This document shows positions 52,301 through 64,000 of a DNA stretch of 64,000 nucleotides, one piece after another. Every line of letters begins with the position of its first letter. Position 1 is the first letter of the stretch. This DNA is from the human T2T-CHM13v2.0 reference genome, Homo sapiens: assembly GCF_009914755.1 (NCBI RefSeq), contig NC_060927.1; one strand, 5' to 3'. Under the pieces are notes generated by a model. It searched no databases. It was not told the origin of the DNA and saw nothing but the letters and a program-made list of their open reading frames with translations. The position numbers and the translations under genes were made by a program.

Positions 52301-53742
52301 GTTAAATTTGCTCTTGCTTTTCTGTTTCTTTCAGATGCATTATTAGGTTGTTTATTTGAAGTTTTTCTTCTTTTCTCACATAGGCACTTATAGCTATAAT
52401 CTTCTCTCTTAATACTTCTCTTCCTGTACATCATAGGTTTTGGTATGTTGTGTTTCCATCATCATTTGTTTCAAGAAATTGTTTGATTTTCTTTTTAATT
52501 TTTTCATTGACTCCCTGGTCATTCATGAGCACATTTAAAAATTTCCATGTATTTGTATAATTTCCAAAATTCCTCTTGTTCCTCTTGTTCTTGATTTCTA
52601 GTTTTACTTCATTGTGATTAGGGAAAATACTTGATAATATTTCAATTTTTTAATGTGTTAAGATTTGTTTGCGACCTAACATGTGGTCTATTCTTGAGAA
52701 TGACCTGTGTCCTGAGAAAAAAAAATTGTCTTCAGCAGCCATTGGATGAAGTGTGTTGTAAATGTCTGTTTAATCCATTTGGTCTCTAACGCAGATTAAG
52801 TATGATGTTTCATTATTGATTTTCTATATGGACGGTTTGTTCAATGTTGAAAGTGGATGATGAAGTCTCCAGCTATTATTGCATTGGGGTCTATCTCTCT
52901 CTTTAGCTCCAATAGTATTTGCCTTACATATCTCAGTGTTTCAGTGTTGGGTGCATATATATTACAGCTGTTATATTCTCTTGATAATTTGAGACCTTTA
53001 TTATTATATAATCACCTTATTTATCTTTTTCTTATACTTTTTGTCTTGAAACCTATTTTGTCTAACATAAGGACAGCTGCTCCAGCTTTTTTGTGGTTTC
53101 CACTGGTATGGAATATCTTCTTCCATCCCTTTATTTTAAGTCTATGTGTGTCTGTATAGACGAAGTGTTTTTCTTGTAGATAACAGATCATTGGTTCTTG
53201 TGGTTTTAACCATTCAGCTCCTCTATGTCTTTTAATCAGAGAGTTTAGTCCATTTACATTCAGTGTTACTATTCATGAGTCAGGACTTACTTCTGTCATT
53301 TTGTTATTTGTTTTCTGGTTAGTTTGTGGTCCCCTCTCCTTTCTTTCCTTCCTGTCTTCCTATTAGTGAACAGTGACTTTCTAGGGTGGTATAATTTAAT
53401 TTCTTGCTTTTTATTTCTTATGTATCCACTGCATGATTTTCTGATTTGATGTTAACATGATTCTTACAAATGCTATCTTATAACCCATTATTTTGAGCTG
53501 ATAACAGCTTAACACTGCTTGCATAAACAAAGAAGCAAAGTCAACTAAAAAAACCCTATACCTCAATGTCATCCCCAGCTTTTGTTACATTTTGTTGTTT
53601 TTATTTATATTTTATTGTATTGTCTGCATCTTAAAAAGTTGTTGTAGTTATTTTTTTTGTTTGGTCATCATAGTCTTTCTACTTAAGAGTAGTATACACT
53701 TCACAGTTACATTGTTATAATATTTTGTATTTTCCTGTGTAC
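49327..53742 (-). mobile_element. L1MA (MA1-3-like): 3' UTR, ORF2 and inter-ORF region
   Basis: Reverse 3' end CATGAGATATTTTGATACAGGCATGCAATG; minus-strand ORF fragments [42 protein letters not shown]. Confidence 0.93.
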
Positions 53743-53870
53743 TACCAAATGTAGATGATGGGTTGATGGGTGCAGCAGACAACCATGGCACATGTATACT
53801 TATGTAGCAAACCTGCACGTTCTGCACGTGTCCCAGAACTGAAAGTATAATTAAAAAAAAAAAAAAAAAA
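53743..53870 (+). mobile_element. L1PA7-like 3' tip (about 110 bp plus A tail)
   Basis: AATGTAGATGATGGGTTGATGGGTGCAGCA...AACCTGCACGTTCTGCAC.TGTCCCAGAACTGAAAGTATAA-poly(A). Confidence 0.92.
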
Positions 53871-54385
53871 GAACGTGGAGATTACTCCAGTAATCAAAAA
53901 TATCTGGAAAAGGAAAGTAATGGATCTGGCTTCATTTGTGAATTCTACCAAACATTTAAAGAAGAACTAAAATCAATCATTCTCAAACTTTTTCAAAGAA
54001 ATTCAAAAGTAGGGAACAATCTGTAAACTATTCTATAAGGCCAGCAGTGCCATGATTCCAAAATGAGACAAATACACTACTAGAGAAAACTACAGACCAG
54101 TACCTCTTATGAACATTGATTAAAATGTCCTCAACAAAATGCTGTCAGACTAAATTCAGCAGCATATTCAAAGGATTGTACACCATGACCAAATGGAATT
54201 TATTCTTGAGATGCAAGGATGTTTCAGTATTTGAAAATTGATCAATATAACATACCACATTAGCAGAATGAAGGAAATAAAAAACACATAACCATCTCCA
54301 TTGATGCAGAAAACACATTTGACAAAATTCAACACACTTTTATGGTTAAAATAACATATTAAACAAACCAGAAATAAAAGAAAAA

Positions 54386-54388
<3 letters not shown>

Positions 54389-54428
<40 letters not shown>
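54389..54428. repeat. Perfect (AT)20 microsatellite
   Basis: Seen directly. Confidence 0.97.
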
Positions 54429-54430
<2 letters not shown>

Positions 54431-55896
54431 TGCCATATATAAAAAACTTATAGCAGGCATAAAACTAAATGGTGAAAGACTTGAGCTTTTTCTTTAGGAT
54501 TAGGAAAACAGCAAGGATGCCCACTTTAACAACTTCTACTTAACATATTGCTTGGAATCCCAGCCAGATTATTTAAAGAAAAGGAAATAAAAGTCATCCA
54601 AATTGAAAAGCAAGGGTAAAATTATCTCTGTTTGCAGATGTTATGATCTTATACATAGAAAATCCTGAAAATTTCACTCCTTCCCAAAAAATGGTAAAAC
54701 TAATAAATCTGGAAAAGTTACAGGATATGAAGCCAACACTCAAAAATCAGTTCCATTTCTACACACTAACAATGAACAATTTGAAAGGAATCAAGAAAAC
54801 AATTCTATTTATGATAGCATCAAACAAATAAAATACTAATTAGCCAAAAAACTAAAGACTTGTACAATGAAAACAACAAAACATTGCTGAAAGAAATTTA
54901 AAAAGACATAAATAAATAGAATATCTCATCTTCATGTGTTGGAAGATTTAATATCTTTAAAATGTCAATACTATCCGAAGTGATCTAAAGATTCAGTACA
55001 ATATTTTCAAAATCCCGCTGATGTATTTGTAGATATAAAAACAATTCTGAAAATTTTTACATGAAATTTCAAGGGAACTTCAATAGCCAAAACAATCTTG
55101 AAAAAGAAGGACAAAGCTGGAGAATTCATACTCTGATTTCAAAACTTACTACAAAGCTACAGTAGTCGAAACAATGTAGTTCTGTCACAAAGACAGGTTG
55201 ATTGATCAATGGAATGAAATAAAAAGCCTAAATATAAACCCATGCATATATGGTCAAATGACTTTTTACAACGGGGCCAAAATTATTCAACAGGAAAAGG
55301 GCCTTCTTCTCAACAAGAGATTCTGGGAAAACTAAATATTCACATGCAAAAGACTGAAATTGGACCCTTACCTCCTACTGTATACAATAATTAACTAAAA
55401 TGAGTTGAAGACCTAAATGTAAGATCTAAAACTATAAAACACCTATAAGAAAATGTAAGGAAAAAGCTTCATGACATTGGATTTGGCAATGGTTTGGATA
55501 TGACACCAAAGACACAGGCAAAAACAACAAAAATATACACAAATCCGACTTCATGAAAACTTAAAAATTTTTGTGCATTAAAAGACACCATCAACAAAGT
55601 CAAAATGCAACCTACAGAATGGGACAAAATATTTGCAAATCATATGTCTGGTAAGGAATTAATATCCAGACTATATTTCTAAATATATTGGTAAAATTCA
55701 TCGACAAAAAAAAGAAAAAAAAGTAAAAACAAACAAAGAACTTGAGTTGTAACTTATCAAAAGACAACATACAAACTACAAATAGGGACATAAGATGCTC
55801 AACAACACCAATCATTAGGGAAATGCAAATCAAAATTACCATGAGATACCACCTCATGTCCAATAAATTGGCTAGTCTCAAAAAAACCAACCAACC

Positions 55897-55929
<33 letters not shown>

Positions 55930-56121
55930 AAGAAAATAACTATTGTTTGGAGGATGTGGAGAAATTGGAACCATGGTACACTGTGGTGGAGAATGCAAAA
56001 TGGTGCAACTGTCATGGAAAGCTGTATGACAGTTCATAAAAAAATCAAATCTAGAATTAACATACGATTCAGCAATTCTGCTTCTGGGTATATGCCCAAA
56101 GTATTAAAAGCAGGGCCTTGA

Positions 56122-56509
<388 letters not shown>

Positions 56510-56526
56510 TGAATTTTTAAAATATA

Positions 56527-56655
56527 GTGTATATATGTGCGTGTGTGTGTGTGTATACAGCACATATATATATATACACACATATATATACATATATATA
56601 CACATATATATACATATATACACATATATATACACATATATATACATATATATAT
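56527..56655. repeat. Compound (TG)/(TA)/(CA) low-complexity repeat
   Basis: Seen directly; produces the Y/I/H-rich ORFs at 56390-56794. Confidence 0.95.
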
Positions 56656-57209
56656 CCGTTGTTTATCTCTATATAGTGGAACATTAATAGGCCTTAAAAA
56701 GGAAGAAAATTCTGACATGGCGGCATCATGGATAAACCTTGAGGACATTATGCTAAGTGAAATAGCCAATCACACACACAAAAATACTCTTTAATTTTAT
56801 TTATACAAGGTATTTAGAGTAGCCAAATTCATTGAGACAGAAAGTAGAATGGAGGTTGGTGAGGGCTCAGGGAGAGGAGAATGGAGAGTAGTTTAGTGGG
56901 TATAGAGTTTCAATTTGTGAAGATAAATGAGCTATGGAGATGGGTTGTGGTGATGCTAACACAATAATATGAAAGTACTTAATACTACTGAAATATAGAC
57001 TTAAAAACAGTTAAGATGGTAAATTTTACTTTATGTGTACTTTACAACACTGATCAAAATTTGGGGGAAAAAAAGTGTACCAGAGTTATACAAACATCCC
57101 TTTTAGTTATCATGCTCATAGATGCGATAAAAATGTTTACATTAATGGAATTTTAATATTTATATTGGTGTTTCATCACACTTGAGTTACCATTATACTG
57201 TTTGTGTAA

Positions 57210-57540
57210 AAAATATGTCCTGCCTCCTTTCTTGAGATATGGACAGGGTCACTCCCTCTCTTTATTAAATTCTGCTTAAATGTTGTCTCCTTAGTGAGTT
57301 CTTACATGAACAACTTATGAAGAATTATCTTCTCCTATCAGACCCCAAAGTCTCCTTGACTTTTATTCTTTTTAAGTAAAATATTTCATATTAAAACATA
57401 TTAATCTGCTTACTTCTTCATTATCTGTCTCCCAATTTGACCATAACTCACTGAGGGCAGAAACATTGTTCCATGTACCTCTTGTCTCCTGCAGAGAGAG
57501 CAGGGGTTCAATACAAATTTACTGGCCAATGGATGAGTCA
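57210..57540 (+). mobile_element. L2 3' end
   Basis: TTATCTGTCTCCC...ATAACTCACTGAGGGCAGAAACATTGT...TTCAATACAAATTTACTGGCCAATGGATGA. Confidence 0.6.
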
Positions 57541-58949
57541 CTTAATGCACTAAAATGGCAGGAGCCTATCTCTGCCAGCTGTTAACATTTCGTAGAAAGG
57601 GGCATTTACTTACTAACAGGGTTTTTTGTACATAAGACATAGTCAATACATATTAGTAGAAAAGAGTACAAGTGAAAGGATATTCTTTCAGAAATGTCTA
57701 ATATCTTCCAGAGCTGAATTGGCAGGGGTAACAGTTTCAGTGACTGACATAGTTACAGATGGAACCTTTGCATAAGACAGTGAATGAAATAGCACCAACT
57801 GCAAGAAGCTAGCTCATTTGCAGTTCGTTGTTTTCATTAAACATACCCATCAATCAACTGAAACCAGCTGCTCAATTTTCAGAAACTATGGGTAACATTT
57901 TTTACTGAAAAGGATAATGAACTTACGATAAAAATACATGTGAGCCTTTAAATCAGAATTACTCGGCTAAGCTTTTATTAAACTCACATAGATTTTTTTT
58001 TTCATTTAACTTTTGAATTTGTCTTGAGTTCTAATAACCTTCAGGGGTCAGAGAAAAAGAAATCTTATTTTAGTGAAGCCTTTATATTCTGCTTCTGATA
58101 GATGAATACAGTTGAGGTAATCCTGAAGGATTTTTTTTTCAATTTAAAAATATGATTTTAATCACAAGAACACATTTCAATCACTACTCACCCATTTGAC
58201 TGAATTCATGCCTGACTGTAAACTACATGATTTACAGACCTCATAATTCAATCAAGCTTAGTCTTCTCACTACTCCTTAAGTGTGTGCCAACCACATTAG
58301 TGTTCTTTTAGTGTAGCTTTTCATCACATCCCAGATTCCTTAGGGATTTAGGATTTCCAAAATAATTTTCTATGACCAATTATAATGCTCAAAACAGCTC
58401 AATTCTCTCTTTGTGTGACATATAGAATTCTGTAAGTGAGGTTTGATCAGAGCTTTAGCTCTAAGTTTCTCCTGTAAAAGCTGACTTTTCATATTCACAA
58501 GCTGTGTGAGTAGAAATTACAGTGTCAGTTCTGTGCCTTGCTCTTTATTTATATGGTATAATAAATGCATCTGGCAAAAGCATTCAGAACTAAAAAGAAG
58601 CCTATTTTCTTACTCCAGACTTGGATTATCCATACATTAGCCACTTCCTCCTGCTTTAGATCAATCCCTGCTATCAGAACACACCTTATTCAGTAGCATT
58701 AATTGGACATCTAGATGTGCCTTTTTCTTAAGCTAAATAATTCTGCAGTGTTGATGGTCCCTGATCTAAAACGGGACTCATTATGTTAATTTCAATGGGT
58801 AGGCTGCAGAAACCCTGTCTGTCTAAGCTCTATTCTAGGAATGGCTTGGTTTTAGAAATACATGACTCTACTAAAGTATGTCTGAACTCTTTCGGCAAGA
58901 CATTTATCTGAAAGCAGAATACAAAGGTAAGCTTTAACTTTGTCATTAT

Positions 58950-59270
58950 ATTTAATCTATTAGTTGAGCACCTACAAATGTGAAAAAATGAGCTCCAAAA
59001 TAAATCATGCCTTCCTTGCATTCAAGAGGTCAAATCTGAAAGGAAATATAGGTATGGAGGCAATAACTAAAAACAATATACAAAAGACACACACAAACAT
59101 CAACAGGCATTGCGGAGGGTGTGCCGTTAAGAATGAGGTAGACTTCAATGCTCATAAAAAATAAAATAAATCATCCAAGCAGAAAGAATACAGTGAACAA
59201 AGATGTAAATACATAAAAGTGCACAGAAGGTTTGGGGGATAGAAAATGGTTCCATCTGGTCTATTGGTCA
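58950..59270 (-). mobile_element. L2 fragment
   Basis: TTGAGCACCTAC...CCTTGCATTCAAGAGG...CCAAGCAGAAAGAATACAGTGAACAAAG. Confidence 0.55.
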
Positions 59271-60257
59271 ACCATTGGTACTCAGAGATTCTGAGTGGCA
59301 AATGAGCCTGGGTATCAATCTGTATCTACTCAAGTGGGTCAGAGATATTATAGATTAGATCAGTGGCTCTAAAATGTTAGTGTCCTTAAGATTAACTGAC
59401 AAGTTTGTTAACATAAATTTTATGATTGATCCACAGAGGTCTTGTTTCAGTATGTTTAGAGTGAAGTAAGAACTATGCATATTCAATGAGCACCTCAGGA
59501 AATTTTGTTTCAGATCAATACCACTCTTAGGTCTAGGCAAGTGGGGTCCCTGCTGCAGGTCCTCACATCAGAGGCTCCTCACGTTTTGGAATGCCTTTCT
59601 CAAAACTTTCTAAGCTTCTATCAAGTGCTTAGAATCAGCTGTTCTGGCTGTGTGGCACATACCAATACCCACATGGGCTTTGGTCTAGTTTCTCTGAGTC
59701 CTCTTCAACCCTTTCCCACAGTTATGGGTTCAACATATGCCCAAGGACTTATGAGGTTGTTTCATGGCTCCAGTATTTCCTCCATGGGATCAGGTGAGAT
59801 TGGGCTATGATCATAGAGATGGCACGCTGATTTAGGTAACACTCACGTTAGACATCGCGCAAGTTTACCCCTCTAGGCTACCTACAGCTCTGACACTTAG
59901 GCTTTGAGTTCTGTACAGACGTGTGAATCAGCTTTTGACTTTCTGTTGGCTGTCATCTATCTGTGTTATGTCCCCTTGCTCTGTAGCACCTAAGTGTGGC
60001 AGATGTGATTACAAGGATTCTCTATCCTATATTGTCATCACTACTAGAACCAAAGGAAGTTTTCCATTACCTTCACCAATTTTGTGTCGTGAGTCAGGCA
60101 GTCCTTCATTGGTAGCCACGCACTGCTCCATAATGTCAGTGGGCCATTCTGATTCATATTCTTTTTTGCTTCCGAGTGATTCAGTCACCTGCTGCTCTTC
60201 TAGGTTAGTCTTAAGCTATGTCAGCTGAGGGATGGAGATTCCTATGACATCTACATA

Positions 60258-60430
60258 ATTCAGGTCCACAAATGTTTGTTGAGCGCCTATTGTATTCTAG
60301 ACATGGTTCTAGGTGTGAGAACATAATGCTCAATTAAGTAATGACCGGTACACTCAAGGAGGTCAAAGTTTGTGACATGGACACATAAAATAAAAGAGTA
60401 CCTGTTATTACAGCACATTCTAGAAGAATA
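60258..60430 (-). mobile_element. L2 3' end
   Basis: CACAAATGTTTGTTGAGCGCCTATTGT..CTAGACATGGTTCTAGG...CACTCAAGGAGG. Confidence 0.65.
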
Positions 60431-62350
60431 GAAAGCACAAATCATTAGGGGGAACATAGAAAAGTAAGTAATAATTAATGCCTGAACTTGCATTTAAGTC
60501 AACCCAGAATATGTTTTTAAGTAAGTATTCGTTTATTCTTTCAAAAGGAACTATTTTGGTGCATGTCTACACTGTGCTCTATATTATACTAGTCACTGAC
60601 AATGGAGAAAACTGTCAAAGAATGGCATGAAGGGCACACAATTACACACAGAAACAAGTTGAACAATAAATGAACTTTTCTTAGACTGTGGTCTTCCTCA
60701 GGGATATGTACCTCATCTGTTGATAACAAAGGCAAGATTTTTGTTTCAGATTTTTTGAATAAGTGAAAGGAAAAAAATTTGATGTTTTCAGAATTTAAAA
60801 AGGAAAGAAACAACAAACAACCAAACAGCATGTATCTCAGGCCCTTGAAGTCACTTTCTCCCCACAACTAGTTTACAAACTACCCACAACAAGTTTGTTT
60901 AGAGTTGATCCCTACTTGACGGATGAATTGCTTGTCAAAGCTTTAAGAGATGAAAATAATCTGAATGACGAGGAGCTGGATAAGATAGCATCCATGAATA
61001 TAAGGTTCTCTATATTTTGTCATCATTCGTAACAGCAAACCTCTTCATTGAATCCTATACAGAGGCATACTTCTACATGCTAACTCAGTGAGCTGTTGGT
61101 TTGTTATTATTCCAGCCTCATCTCATCATTAGAAGGAGTTATTCATTATGCTTATTTGTTGAGTTCCTGTAATGTAACACATCCTGTTTGCCAATTGAGA
61201 TAGTGAACTCTGAAAATAGCAGCAATTATTATTCTTATTATTGTCAATATTTTATTATATATATAAAAGCACCTCCTGAGCTTAACATCACAATTATAAA
61301 AATAATAATTAATAGTATAGATTTTTGAAGCCATCTATTAATCTACATTGTGTGGTTTGCTAAAGGAGATCTTAGTGTTTGAAAACCACTGACTCGACCT
61401 ATGTGGATGATTTAATTAGGACAGGGAGCAGTTGAAATGATATGAGATGAAAATTTTCGTTGCATCGAATTTGGCTACTTTTCTTTGTGTCATCTCTGAA
61501 ACATCCAACTGATGAACAATCATGTTACAAAACAGTGGATATTTCATTCCATTTAAACCCTGTGTGGAAACAAAGAATATGATAGTCAAAACATTTGTGA
61601 GGTCATTTCTTCAAGACACTGAAATATGAAATCGGTTAATGGTAGTCAGTATTAAGTCTTTTTTAAATGACGATTACCATTTGAATACATATATATATAT
61701 ATTCATTCTGATAGTGACTCTAGGTTTTATACACACACACATGCATGCATGTGCACACACATACAAATAGCATAATATAGGGTAAATATTTATATAATGC
61801 AAGCTTTCTAGAGTGCTATGTTATGCTGTCACTTCATAAAATACTTCTATTAGCTTGCATTTTGGACAAATTTTGGCTTCCTCTGTAAATGATATTTTAG
61901 TTGAGATAGTTTCCAGGAGGAAATTGAGTTCCATAGAATTCTGTCTTTGAACTTCACCTTCAAATTAGTCATTACCAACAAGTATAGAAATCAGTGCACA
62001 GAAATCTCAATGGCCTACATATTATCACCTTCAGGTATTTTGCCATGAAAAGGTACATCTGGCTACCTTATTCCAGAACACTTTAAGACATATATTTTTA
62101 CCACGTTAAGACATGTAAGAATCATGTGGGGGCCTTTGAAATACAGAGATTTCTAGCCTCTGCAGAGATTGTGATTTATTTAGTGTGGAAGGAAGGCTCT
62201 AACAATACTCAGCCACACTCAGACACATTGCCTATAGAGAGGAGACCTAATGATTAGAATCTAAAATTATAGTGTCTCTTTATATTTGATAGTGATTTTT
62301 TTTTCTTAATTATCTCTACATCAATTTCATGGTCTCATTAACTTCTGGAT

Positions 62351-63692
62351 CAGTGATCTCCAAAGTAAAATGCAGGTATTTGAGGAGCAAAGATATTAGA
62401 TTGAAATGTAGAAAAAGTATTAGAGCCCAATTTATTTTTAAAAATTCATCCTTTTTTAATTTTTAATTTTTTACCTTTTGACTATGTTTTATAATATAAA
62501 AATATATAAGTAAAATACTAAAACACCAAAAGCAATGGCAACAAAAGCCAAATTGACAAATGAGATCTAATTAAACTAAAGAGCTTCTGCCCCACAAAAG
62601 AAACTATCATCAGAATGAACAGGCAACCTACATAATGGGAGAAAATTTTTGCAATCTATCCATCTGACAAAAGGCTAACATCCAGAATCTACAAGGAACT
62701 TAAACAAATTTACAAGAAAAAAAACAACCCCATCAAAATGTGGGTAAAAAAAAACCCCATCAAAATGTGGGTAAAGGGTATGAACAGACGCTTGTCAAAA
62801 GAAGACATTTATGCAGCCAAGAAACATGAAAAAAAGCTCATCATCACTGATCATTAGAGAAATGCAAATCAAAACCATGATGAGATACCATCTCATGCCA
62901 GTTAGAATGGTGATCATTAAAAAGTCAGGAAACAACAGATACTGGAGAGGATGTGGAGAAATAGGGATGCTTTTACACTGTTGTGGGAGTGTAAATTAGT
63001 TTCACCATTGTGTACGACAGTGTGGTGATTCCTCAAGGATCTGGAACCAGAAATACTATTTGACTCAGCAATCCCATTACTGGGTACATACCCAAAGGAC
63101 TGTAAATCATTACTACTATAAAACACATGCATACGTATGTTTATTGTAGCACCATTCACAATAACAAAGACTTGGAACCAACCCAAATGCCCATCAATGA
63201 TTGACTGGAAAAAGGAAATGTGGCACATATACACCATGGAATACTATGCAGCCCTAGAAAAGGATGAGTTCATGTCCTTTGTAGGAACATGAATGAAACT
63301 GGAAACCATCATTCTAAGCAAACTAACACAGGAACATAAAACCAAGCACCATATTTTCTTACTCATAAGAGGGAGCTGAACAATGAGAGCACATGGACAC
63401 AGGGAGGGGAACACCACACACCTGTCCGGGCCTGTTGAGGGGTGAGGGGTTAGGGAAGCGATAGCATTAGGAGAAATACCTAATGTAGATGATGGGTTGA
63501 TGGGTCCAGCAAACCACCACTGCACTTGTATACCTATGTAACAAGCCTGTACGTTCTACATATTGTATCCCAGAAGTTAAAGTATAATTTTTAAAAACTG
63601 CAAAAAAATAAGCTATAACTTTTATAAATATGTATACATATTCCCATATGTATATAAAATACCCCAAAATTTCAAAAGTTTGAAAATTACTG
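62351..63692. mobile_element. hAT-Charlie MITE (MER113-like) split by L1PA
   Basis: Left end CAGTGATCTCCAAAGT and right end AAGTTTGAAAATTACTG are imperfect inverted termini. Confidence 0.45.
62517..63608 (+). mobile_element. L1PA7-like 5'-truncated element (ORF2 C-terminus and 3' UTR)
   Basis: ORF 62811-62999 [32 protein letters not shown]; 3' UTR GGAGAAATACCTAATGTAGATGATGGGTTGATGGG. Confidence 0.95.
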
Positions 63693-63699
63693 TTTCTAG

Positions 63700-63958
63700 G
63701 TTACTGCCAATCTGGATTATGAATCCATAATAAACAAAATACAAATATGAGATCCTCAGTACAACAAAAGTGTTGTTTTTATCTTACACAATGTCTGCTA
63801 TAGATGTGAGCACCTCTCCAAGGCAACTGTCCTTCATACAGCAACTTGGGTGGGAGGGTCAAGCATTCAGTAACTGCTTCATTATAAACACATGGCCTCA
63901 GGGCAACAGGGGTCTGGGCAACAGGGAAAGAAAGAGGGGAGAGTTGTGCATAAGCTCT
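63700..63958 (-). mobile_element. Old MaLR LTR fragment (MLT1-type)
   Basis: TAGGTTACTGC..., TTTTTATCTTACACAATGTC and CACATGGCCTC...AGGGAAAGAAAGAG resemble reverse MLT1. Confidence 0.4.
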
Positions 63959-63959
63959 T

Positions 63960-64000
63960 TGATAGAGTTTGGTCGTGTGTCCCTGCCCAAATCGCATATT
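63960..64000 (+). mobile_element. MST/THE1-type MaLR LTR start (truncated by the window)
   Basis: TGATAGAGTTTGGTCGTGTGTCCCTGCCCAAATCGCAT matches the MSTA/THE1 5' terminus. Confidence 0.75.

Noticed and set aside
33801-53742. A 20-kb inversion that would rejoin the L1 5' UTR at 32.4 kb with the minus-strand L1MA body at 49.3-53.7 kb
   Set aside because: The families look compatible, but the flank of the 5' UTR is not Tigger1 and does not match the L1MA 3' flank, and the L1MB spanning 46983-57070 has TSD-like ends in one orientation across the proposed breakpoint.
59560-60230. Moderately GC-richer block, possibly an old LTR
   Set aside because: I could not assign a family or boundaries; left unannotated pending a Dfam search.

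Overview
AT-rich primate (human-like; it contains AluY and L1PA4/7-type elements) non-coding genomic DNA, most likely intergenic or deep intronic. I found no protein-coding gene, RNA gene, CpG island or prokaryotic feature. Every ORF in the track that I can recognise is a decayed transposon fragment (L1 ORF2, Tigger1 transposase, Alu) or a microsatellite artefact. Roughly half of the window is interspersed repeat: Alus, L1s, L2/MIR, MaLR/ERVL/ERV1 LTRs and DNA transposons. Repeat subfamily names come from my recall of consensus sequences and need RepeatMasker/Dfam confirmation. The best-supported points of interest are structural: two multi-layer nested transposon complexes (about 15.9-23.6 kb and 47.0-57.1 kb), two deletion junctions that fuse unrelated elements, two solo ERV1 LTRs with intact 4-bp TSDs, small templated inverted insertions and several tandem duplications. 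More speculative are a recursive-splice/poison-exon-like site at 9.4 kb, other cryptic exon candidates, homeodomain/SOX motif clusters in unique DNA, and a strong plus-strand bias of L1s. The sequence alone does not support a novel biological system.
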